In this document: positions 1 through 7,700 of the stretch, piece after piece
Layout of the letters: each line of letters begins with the position of its first letter
How positions within the stretch are numbered: the first letter of the stretch is position 1
NCBI GenBank assembly: GCA_903825415.1
Contig: CAIKAN010000028.1
Span: 3,474 to 67,473 of the forward strand
DNA: 64,000 bases
Source: an uncultured bacterium
GTDB taxonomy: Bacteria > Patescibacteriota > Minisyncoccia > Phycocordibacterales > PALSA-1337
Direction: 5' to 3'
Program-made: the position numbers and the translations under genes
Notes under the pieces: model-generated
Told to the model about the DNA's origin: nothing
What the model saw: the letters and a program-made list of their open reading frames with translations, nothing else
The model's database searches: none

Positions 1-170
1 TTCGGAGTTATTGTCAGCATTATGAATGCGGCCCTCTCGTTTTTCTACAACGTTTTCAAGTTGGTCCTATACATTTCACCGGGAATCGGAATATTCCTGA
101 TCCTTACCGTAGTTGGCGCATACGGCATAGCTTTAGCCAAAAAGAGGCTTAAGTTACCCCATAATTAGCC
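1..170 (+). CDS. C-terminal fragment of a hydrophobic (membrane) protein running in from upstream of the window
   Basis: Frame 1 is open from position 1 to a TAG at 168-170 and translates to a hydrophobic peptide (…VFKLVLYISPGIGIFLILTVVGAYGIALAKKRL). No homology recognised. Confidence 0.3.
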
Positions 171-183
171 CCTAAATGCCCCT

Positions 184-438
184 GTGTACGCTTTTCAGGC
201 GAGGTTCGGGGGTAATTACAAACATATGATTTCAAAACAAGCGTTAGAAGAATTCAAAGAGATTTGGCGAAAGGAAAACCCTGGCCAAGATATCGACGAT
301 GCGACTGCGATGGATCAGGCAGTAGCTTTGCTTACTCTCATGGATACAGTCTACAGACCAGTGAAGAAAGAATGGTTCGAGAAGTACAAAGATGAAGTCG
401 ACGAAGAAAATAGTGAAGATAAGGGTGGGGTGAAATAA
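184..438 (+). CDS. hypothetical small acidic protein; its 3' end carries box copy 1 of the ATAGTGA…GGGGT repeat
   Basis: 84-aa ORF in the track. No recognisable motif. It ends inside the 24-nt box at 411-434. Confidence 0.3.
   Translation: MYAFQARFGGNYKHMISKQALEEFKEIWRKENPGQDIDDATAMDQAVALLTLMDTVYRPVKKEWFEKYKDEVDEENSEDKGGVK
411..434 (+). repeat. ATAGTGA-N10-GGGTGGGGT box, copy 1 (ATAGTGAAGATAAGGGTGGGGTGA), followed by a GGGT/ACCC hairpin
   Basis: Matches 3393-3416 at 22 of 23 positions. Related copies start at 617, 3473 and 3680. Confidence 0.6.
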
Positions 439-616
439 CCCAAGGTCGTTATTTACAGTAAAACTTTATAATTTGATAACGCCTGATCATGCCTGTTAAC
501 TCCTGACCGTTAATACGGTTAAATTACGGTGGTCGACCTGATAGAACAGGAAAATAACAGGTGAGCTGGTCCGCAAAGAATTTACGGTGATTACGGTCAC
601 TTAGAAGTAGTCCGAA

Positions 617-640
617 ATAGTGAATGAGACTGTAGGGTAA
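617..640 (+). repeat. ATAGTGA…GGGTAA box, copy 2 (ATAGTGAATGAGACTGTAGGGTAA), followed by the hairpin GGGTAAT…ATTACCC
   Basis: Direct sequence comparison. It starts 206 nt after copy 1. Confidence 0.5.
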
Positions 641-679
641 TAGCCTAAATTACCCATATTTGTCTGCGTTTTATCGGTA

Positions 680-708
680 TTGACAATAGTGCAATATGGG
701 TGTATAAT
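680..708 (+). promoter_or_regulatory. Consensus sigma70-type promoter TTGACA-N17-TATAAT for the DGR target gene; the spacer ATAGTGCAATATGGGTG resembles a degenerate ATAGTGA…GGGTG box
   Basis: TTGACA at 680-685, a 17-nt spacer, TATAAT at 703-708. A 5'-UTR hairpin follows (TCACAGCAGA…TCTGCTGTGA, 746-791), then the RBS AAGGAA before the ATG at 852. Confidence 0.5.
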
Positions 709-851
709 AGTTACATAGTTCTTTGATAGGAAATTGCGAGTTTTATCACAGCAGAAAGTGGCTCATACACATAGGCCATTCTCTGCTGTGATGAAACCAA
801 TGTGGCCAAATCGACAGCGAATCAAACAATGTAAGAAAGGAACAGCTCATC

Positions 852-1583
852 ATGAGTACAGCCTTGAATGAAGTCCCGGGATGGTATATCGAATTCCAAG
901 CGGCGCTTTTGCGCCAAGCTCCTCGCCCGGGGGAGATTGATCAGATGACGGCCGAAGGATGGACCAGCAATCAAAAGGGTCTCAAAAAGAACCTGGCGAA
1001 TTGCCTCCTTCCTCAAACGTCCGTCGTCCCTGTCGAACCGGCCAAGCTCGAGCTTTTGCTCGATCTGGTTGGAACGGTTACAACATCGGCAACCACCAGC
1101 AAGTTCGTCGCCAAAGACAAGTTCGTGGTCAACACCAAGTGCAACGCTCCGGTGAAGATCTCGGCAGTCTGGGACAACTTCACCAGCTGGTTCCTGTCGG
1201 GCGACGGCAAGACCGAAGACCCTATCAGCGAACAGACGCTCCGCTACCACAAATTGCGGAAGTCTTCAGTTGATGGTCCCATCATTACCGAACTGGGTGG
1301 CGAGGAGAAATCCGAAACCACTTTGACGGAAATGTTCTCCTTGATGGAGAAGCAGAAGAATGGTGAAGACGGTGTTCTCCTGAACAACGGCTACGCCAAC
1401 ATCTTCTACATTCGGGACCAGAATGGTGTGCTTCGCGCGGTCTACGTGCGCTGGGACGACGACGGCTGGCGCGTCAGTGCGTTCTCCGTCGAGCTCCCGG
1501 ACGGGTGGGGTGATGGCGACCAGGTGTTCTCTCGCAATTCTGTTCTCGAATCCTCGGAACCTTCGGCTCCGGCGCAAGCCTGA
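852..1583 (+). CDS. DGR target (variable) protein with a C-terminal variable region, presumably a C-type-lectin/FGE-like fold
   Basis: The C-terminal segment …GVLRAVYVRWDDDGWRVSAFSVELPDGWGDGDQVFSR is the nucleotide-level homolog of the downstream template repeat. All mismatches fall at template adenines. Confidence 0.65.
   Translation: MSTALNEVPGWYIEFQAALLRQAPRPGEIDQMTAEGWTSNQKGLKKNLANCLLPQTSVVPVEPAKLELLLDLVGTVTTSATTSKFVAKDKFVVNTKCNAPVKISAVWDNFTSWFLSGDGKTEDPISEQTLRYHKLRKSSVDGPIITELGGEEKSETTLTEMFSLMEKQKNGEDGVLLNNGYANIFYIRDQNGVLRAVYVRWDDDGWRVSAFSVELPDGWGDGDQVFSRNSVLESSEPSAPAQA
1425..1536 (+). repeat. DGR variable region (VR)
   Basis: A roughly 112-nt stretch aligns with 1902-2013. About 17 mismatches, every one at a TR adenine, in the first and second positions of AAC codons. 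The shared 3' end CCAGGTGTTCTCTCG is IMH-like. A GC hairpin (CGGAACC…GGCTCCG) lies at about 1552-1574. Confidence 0.65.
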
Positions 1584-1901
1584 TCCTTTGTCCCTTGGAC
1601 CCTTTGACCCTCGGTCTGCTTCGGCGGATTGGGGGTCAATTTTTTTATATTTAAATTTCTCTTGCTATACTTATTTCCGAAATCATGTGTTACGTGACGG
1701 TCATGGCTTTCACGTCATGGTCTTAGGATATTTTTCTCGAGAGTCATACTGGGTACGCCTTGTATGAGAGTGGGGAAAGTCTCTTCAAAAAAATAACAAG
1801 AATTGGTATATGAGATTAGCGGACTTTGATGTCCCGGATAAAATTCAGCTGGTCATGGTTTGGCTGGCGGTGATATAGATGATCTTGTATACGATAACGC
1901 T

Positions 1902-2013
1902 GGTGTGCTTCGCGCGGTCAACGTGAACTGGAACGACGACGGCTGGAACGTCAATGCGAACTCCGTCGAGAACCCGAACAGGTGGAATGATGGCAACCAG
2001 GTGTTCTCTCGAA
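1902..2013 (+). repeat. DGR template repeat (TR); A-rich with many AAC codons
   Basis: Encodes …NVNWNDDGWNVNANSVENPNRWNDGN; the corresponding positions in the VR differ. ORFs in the track that overlap this repeat on either strand are judged to be translation artefacts. Confidence 0.65.
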
Positions 2014-2034
2014 ACTGTTGGTTTTCTCCTCGGC

Positions 2035-2429
2035 TTAAGGTCGGGGAGTTTTTGCTTGCAAACCCTTCTTCCAACCACCAAGTTGTCGCCCTATTTCCTC
2101 AAGTCTTCCGATTAAGTCCGAGTATGTATCAGTTGGAATAATTTTACTTTCCCATGCGAGTTGCACAAAGAACTTCACAATATCAAGTTTTGTGATGGCT
2201 TTGTTTAATATTGGTATTTTGTGTTCAGGTGGGAGATAAGAAAGACAGAATGTGTATTCAAGTACATCAAGAAAAGCCTGTTCAATTCTGTTTCCAATTC
2301 CATACCGTTCGACTTTCGGAAAATCACGATAGATAGAGAGCCAAAAACGATATGTCTCTTTCGATTTGAGAATTACCTGTGGTAATTCTCGGGGGGGGGG
2401 GTAATATGATCCTTATTAGTATGAGTCAT
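2035..2429 (-). CDS. avd: Avd-like four-helix-bundle protein (accessory variability determinant / 23S-IVS protein family); frame interrupted at the G11 (C11 on this strand) tract
   Basis: The minus-strand frame is open from 2412 to a TAA at 2035-2037. It translates to …ELPQVILKSKETYRFWLSIYRDFPKVERYGIGNRIEQAF…LDIVKFFVQLAWE…LIGRLEEIGRQLGGWKKGL. These match the FPxxERFGL…A.GS…EIGKML.GL family pattern and the Bordetella phage Avd EVGRILGSW. The only upstream ATG (plus coordinates 2429-2427) is out of frame by one nt. A 12-nt tract would give a protein of about 125 aa, MTHTNKDHITPPPPRELPQV…. Confidence 0.55.
2391..2401. repeat. G11/C11 homopolymer tract at the avd/RT junction
   Basis: Eleven consecutive G residues. 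The tract lies 4 nt upstream of the RT ATG at 2406, so it may act as the Shine-Dalgarno element. On the minus strand it lies inside the N-terminal coding region of the avd-like gene. Confidence 0.8.
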
Positions 2430-3416
2430 GAGTATAAGAATATCATATCCATCAAAAATCTATGCGATGCGTGGACCGAATTTATATGTGGCAAGAAATC
2501 TAAAAAGGACGTTGCTGAATTTTCTCTGAATCTCTCTCAAAACATTTTCAAATTGCACGAGGAACTGCGAACAAAAATGTATAGACATGGTGCATACGAA
2601 GCTTTTTCGATAAGTGATCCGAAACCGAGAAGTATTCACAAGGCTACGGTCCGAGATAGATTATTGCATCATGCTATTTACAGGATTTTGTATCCCTATT
2701 TTGATAAAAAGTTTATTTATGATTCCTACTCCTGTCGACAGTTCAAAGGAACACATCGAGCGTTAAATCGGTTCAATGATTTCATGATGAAAGTATCACA
2801 AAGTAATAGTAGGGCATGCTGGGTTCTGAAATGCGATGTAAGAAAGTTTTTCGCATCTATTGATCATGAAAAGCTTATTGAAATATTCAAGCGACATATT
2901 AATGATATGGAAACGATCTGGCTTGTTGAACGCATTGTTGAGAGTTTTCAAAGTACTGGTCCAGGTAAGGGTTTGCCTTTAGGTAACCTGACCTCGCAAC
3001 TTTTGGTAAATGTTTACATGAATGAGTTTGACCAGTTTGTGAAGCACAAGCTCAAAGCTAAGTATTATATTCGGTATGCCGATGACTTCGTTATTATGCA
3101 CCATGAGAAAGATGTGTTGGTGGATATTCTGCCAAAGGTCCAGAGCTTTCTCAGTGAGCAACTAAAGCTGTCTCTTCATCCAGATAAGGTGTTTATAAAG
3201 ACAGCTTCATCAGGCGTAGATTTTCTGGGATGGGTCCATTTTCCGCACCATCGAGTGATACGGATAACAACAAAAAATCGTATGTTCAAGAAAATCAAAG
3301 ATTCTCAAGAAAAGCCGGAAGTCGTCCAGTCGTACCTCGGACTTTTGAGTCATGGTAATGGTTGGAAATTGAAACAGAGAGTTAAGGATAAAATAGTGAA
3401 GACAAGGGTGGGGTAA
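2406..3416 (+). CDS. DGR reverse transcriptase
   Basis: RT motifs are present: N-terminal NLCDAW…GK, motif 4 LPLGNLTSQLL (the DGR-diagnostic [ILV]GxxxSQ), and motif 5 YADD. Size is about 337 aa with no maturase/X domain. The track ORF starts at GTG 2379; ATG 2406 or 2421 is more likely. Confidence 0.85.
   Translation: MILISMSHEYKNIISIKNLCDAWTEFICGKKSKKDVAEFSLNLSQNIFKLHEELRTKMYRHGAYEAFSISDPKPRSIHKATVRDRLLHHAIYRILYPYFDKKFIYDSYSCRQFKGTHRALNRFNDFMMKVSQSNSRACWVLKCDVRKFFASIDHEKLIEIFKRHINDMETIWLVERIVESFQSTGPGKGLPLGNLTSQLLVNVYMNEFDQFVKHKLKAKYYIRYADDFVIMHHEKDVLVDILPKVQSFLSEQLKLSLHPDKVFIKTASSGVDFLGWVHFPHHRVIRITTKNRMFKKIKDSQEKPEVVQSYLGLLSHGNGWKLKQRVKDKIVKTRVG
3393..3416 (+). repeat. ATAGTGA…GGGGTAA box, copy 3 (ATAGTGAAGACAAGGGTGGGGTAA); it overlaps the RT stop codon
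   Basis: Near-identical to copy 1 but read in a different frame. A GGGTAA…TTACCC hairpin follows it. Confidence 0.6.
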
Positions 3417-3472
3417 CTCAATAATTTTACCCGTAATAACGGGAAATTAACGGGAAGTCACTTTTTCGCAAC

Positions 3473-3496
3473 ATAGTGAGTGAGAGTGTGGGGTAA
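3473..3496 (+). repeat. ATAGTGA…GGGGTAA box, copy 4 (ATAGTGAGTGAGAGTGTGGGGTAA)
   Basis: Sequence comparison. Confidence 0.5.
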
Positions 3497-3679
3497 GACT
3501 GATAAAGCAGTTAAAAAGCAGTCTCGCACTCCGTTGTTAATACAACGTGAAAACAACGGCAGTTATTGCCGTTAAAAAACGGTGAAAAAACGGTTAACAC
3601 CCGCCCTTTAAAAAGGGTAAAAAAGGGCGTAGTTATTATAAATACAGATCTGATACAGAGAAGAAATTACTTTTTAGAT

Positions 3680-3703
3680 ATAGTGAGTGCTGGTGTAGGG
3701 TAA
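3680..3703 (+). repeat. ATAGTGA…GGGTAA box, copy 5 (ATAGTGAGTGCTGGTGTAGGGTAA)
   Basis: Sequence comparison. It starts 207 nt after copy 4, mirroring the 206-nt spacing between copies 1 and 2. Confidence 0.5.
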
Positions 3704-3865
3704 CAATCTTTGAAGCTCGGAATGTAGATCGTAGCATCGTCAATTTTTCGGAATATTTCTGTAACTTGAGCGACCACGCGACCCCGAGAAAATGACAGAA
3801 TATTGCGCGATATACCTATTACCTTCTGTGGAGACGGAGAAGAAGTTAGGCTATAATGGCTGATC

Positions 3866-4276
3866 ATGATCTATTTCATCCGTCATGGCGAAAGCGAAGC
3901 CAATCTCAGGGAGGTGTTCGCGGGACAGAAAGACGATTCAGCATTGACCGAAAAAGGCCGTGAACAGGCCAGAGAGGCTGGCAACAAGATCAAGAGCCTC
4001 GGTTTGAATATCGATATCATAGTGAGCTCTCCGCTCATCCGAGCTTTTGATACAGCAAAGATCGTGGCGCAAATCATCGGTTATTCCAAGGAGATCGTCA
4101 TCGATGGCCGCATAACAGAATATGATATGGGAATACTTACAGGTACTCCGGGACATCAGATCACTTCAAAGGCGCTGGTGTCTGCGGAAAATGCCGAAGA
4201 CCCAGAAGCTTTTTGTAGCAGTGGTCGAGCTCATTTGATGGTCTGTGATGTTGTCTATAAACTGACTCTATGCTAA
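3866..4276 (+). CDS. histidine phosphatase (phosphoglycerate-mutase-like) family protein, apparently C-terminally truncated
   Basis: N-terminal FIRHGESEAN (the RHG catalytic motif), …SSPLIRAFDTA and E..MG.LTG are present. At 136 aa it lacks the C-terminal second-His region. Confidence 0.5.
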   Translation: MIYFIRHGESEANLREVFAGQKDDSALTEKGREQAREAGNKIKSLGLNIDIIVSSPLIRAFDTAKIVAQIIGYSKEIVIDGRITEYDMGILTGTPGHQITSKALVSAENAEDPEAFCSSGRAHLMVCDVVYKLTLC

Positions 4277-4493
4277 TTTAGATATCGGTTTAACTGGTCT
4301 TGATGGACGAAAGGTCAGCTCGTTCGTTAATTCAGCCGTCCAAGAAAGGATATCTTATGACGCCCGGAAGAGCCTGTGAAAGATTAAGTTTCCAGTAACA
4401 GAAGCGTCCGGGGACAGACCTTTGATTATATGTTTGTCAGTCTATCCATAATCGAGGAGGTTAGCAGCTGACTCGTGTCTTGGGTAGACGGAA

Positions 4494-4535
4494 TGGCCGC
4501 TGTTTCGCTCGGTGGCCATTTTTATTTCTTAATAG
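4494..4535 (+). terminator. rho-independent terminator candidate
   Basis: ATGGCCGC…GGTGGCCAT stem followed by TTTTTATTT. Confidence 0.4.
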
Positions 4536-4724
4536 GGCTAAGAATCTCTATTTCTGAGATTGTAATGCTGTAATGGCTAGTCGATTCAAACGGCATTATG
4601 GCATATGAAAGCTCTCGCTGTATCCTTCAGAATATCTGAACAGCAAGGGAGATTATTTTTTGGACAAAACCATATCGTGGCTCTATACTTACTCATAGCC
4701 AAATAAGCTTAATCTCTAATAACC

Positions 4725-7700
4725 ATGAATAAAACAAAACTCGCGCGGGTGGGGATCGTTGTGCTGGTCGTGGTCCTCTGTGTCGCTGCGTATGCGGTGT
4801 TTCATGGTTTGATAGGGAATCCTTTTCATATCCCAGCCAAGAATTATCAGGCCGCCTATCGTTTGGTCCCCGAGAAAGTCTCGCTATCGGCCGCCATCTC
4901 CGTCTCTTTGCCAACGGGAACGAGCATGCAGAATTTTGATCCGACGAAGCAGGTGATGTTCGACCCAAAGATAGAAGGAAGATGGATCGATGGTAAAGTC
5001 GCCTCGATCATACCGAGCGCGCATGCTGCTGAGGCGGAGCCTGTATATTATTTCCAGCCAAATAAAACGTTGGCTTTGAACAAGCATTATTCGGTGACCT
5101 TGGCGCTCTCTGAAGGGAAGACGATGCAGTCTGATTTTCTGGTCGTGCCTGATCCGGCTGTCATATCGATCTTGCCGCACGATGGAGAAGTTGTGACTGA
5201 TACCAAGATCAGTATCGTCTTCAATCGTCCGATGGTGCCCTTGAGCACGATAGATGAGATGTCACCGACAGATCCGCCCGTTTCTATTTCTCCGAACACG
5301 GCCGGCCGATTCAAGTGGATCAGCACCAACACCTTGCAATTCATATCCGATAGCGGTTTGATCGGATCAGCCAAATACACTGTTTCAGTCAAGGCCGGTC
5401 TCAAATCTCTCGAGGGGCTCGATGTGAAGCCGTTCACTGCATCATTTACGACCCGACATCTCCGATTTTGGACGGATCCTTCTTCGTATAGCGATAGCAA
5501 AGCGACTACCGCAGTAAGAGGCTATAATCAGCCATTCTTGATCAGATTCAATCAGGCCGTCGATCTGGATCGCACCAAAAATTCTGTGACTGTGAATGAT
5601 GGCGAAAAGAATATACCTTTCTCTGTGCAAGAAGGGAAGATCGATGGTCCGCTAGACCCTAGCATCATGGCTATCTATCCAGCTGGCGGAGATAGCGGAG
5701 TTTGGCAGCTACATCGCACTTATACCGTGACCGTCACCCATGCCTATCCAGCATCCCATGGAGATATCAGTCTCGATGCCCCTGGCACATTTTACTTTTC
5801 GGTAGATAATATCTATTCAAGCCTGACCGTTCTCTCACCGAGGACTAGCGATGCCAGTCTAGACCGCTTCGATCCACAGGGACAGCTAGCTATGCATTTT
5901 TATGAAGATATCGATCTGGCCAAAAGCAAGATCACTGGTCCAGCAGTCAACTCTGTAGTTTATGGAGAAAAGTGCAAAGATGATGTCAATACCTCGAAAT
6001 GTACAAAGGTTCCCGATCAGTCTCTTCTCCTTGTCTCTTTCGATGCTGACAAACTGAAGACTGGCGATACGACTGAGGTTGATCTCGATTCGATCGCTTC
6101 AGCCTCAGGAAATTCTCTGAGCTCTACTCGCACACCCATCAGTCTCAGTGTATACGGTCCTTTGGCTATATTTGATGTGAAATCTGGCGATTCTTTGAAT
6201 ACGCTCACAATCTGTTCCAATAATCCTTTGCAGACTGATAGCGCCAAGCAAAAGATCGATTCTACTCCAGTTGTTAAGCCTCTATCTTGGTCGCACTCTT
6301 ACAGATCAGATGTGAATCATTATGGCACGATCAGCCCTTGCGCGGTCGGTCAATTTATCACCTCGGTCTCTGGATATCTATTGCCTCAGGCTGGATATCA
6401 AGGAAAGATCGAAGCAGCCGATGTATTCGGAGGCTCAGCTAGCAAAGCTTTTGATTTCAGTACAAGAGATGCGACTGACAATGATTACGAGCTGCATAAT
6501 TATCAGAGCACGGACATCGTAGCTGTGCCAGGAAAGACCAAGATGACCTTTGCTGAGACATTCTTGCCGAGGATCACATCTACAGTCTGCCGCCTGTCTC
6601 CTTATGATTATTATCGAGTGCGACAAGATTATAAGCTCGACGCCAGAGACTATTGTCAGGAGACTGTTTCCAAAACGATAGAACTGCCGACTGATCAACC
6701 AGGCAGAGTCTTCTTTGGTGTCGATATCGCCGATTATTTTCCGGATCAGATCGGGAATTATGCCGTGCTCCTATCCAGCCCATTGTTGGCGGTGAATCGC
6801 AATAATTCATGGAGATATTCGACGGTCTCATATATCTCAGTGACGAATCTGGTCGTGACACAGAAGAGCATCAACCCTTCTTTGACTGCTGGTTATAATG
6901 GCGCCATTTTGAGAGGCGATCAGATCAATAAGCTGCAGAATATGTATTGGGTCATCGATGCTCGCACGCAAGGTCCGGTGGCAGGAGCATCTGTCAAAAC
7001 ATATAAAGATGGCAGTGTCGTGGAAACAGCTACGACCAATGATCAAGGCCTGGCATATCTCGTCCCGATCGCTGATCCTGAGATGACCGTCGTCTCGTTA
7101 GGCGGCGATAATGCTGTCATGGCTGGCGGCGCAACGGTTCTCAACTATGCTGAGAGCGCGAGCAATGCCCAAAAGACTTTCCTGTATACGGATAAACCGA
7201 TCTATCGACCTGGCCAAGAAGTAGATATCAAGGGCCTTTTACGAGCGGGGTATGACGGCTATTATGAAGCCCCGTCGGCTACTCCTATGACTCTCACTGT
7301 AACTGACCCTTCGAATGCAGCCGTGAAGCAAGTCCAATTGACACCCAACGGCTTCGGATCGATCAGTACTATTCTCGATCTCGACCCTTCAGCGAAGCTG
7401 GGAACATATAGCGCCTGTATCAAATATCAATGCGCCTATTTTGACGTCTTGGATTATGCCCCGGCAGCATTCAAGGTGGACATGACGACGGCTAAGGATG
7501 AGTATAATAAAGGCGATGATCCGGCTATCCAAGTCAGTTCCAATTATTATTTTGGCATCCCCGTCTCTAATGTGGCGTTGAATTATCATGTAAGCAGCCA
7601 ATATTATTATTTCGACAAGTACACCAAGGAATATCTCAACTTCAATAATCTAAGCGATGATATGGGGCAGGGTTATTATTATGGCGATCGCTATATAAGC

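Noticed and set aside
184-438. 84-aa ORF as a second DGR accessory gene (Avd)
   Set aside because: It is acidic with no four-helix-bundle family motifs. The genuine Avd-like sequence is on the minus strand at 2035-2429.
1845-2141. Track ORFs 1845-2081(-), 1853-2074(-) and 1860-2141(+) overlapping the template repeat
   Set aside because: They coincide with the non-coding DGR template repeat and have odd compositions (poly-Asn on the plus strand). They are judged translation artefacts.
2406-3416. Group II intron-encoded reverse transcriptase or retron RT
   Set aside because: The ORF is only about 337 aa with no maturase/X or endonuclease domain. Motif 4 is LGxxxSQ, characteristic of DGRs. An adjacent TR/VR pair with adenine-specific differences is present. 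No domain V-like sequence was seen.
411-3703. Possible CRISPR array (repeated roughly 24-nt ATAGTGA…GGGGTAA boxes)
   Set aside because: Only five copies with irregular spacings (206, 2776, 80 and 207 nt). Two copies lie inside coding sequence. There are no uniform spacers.
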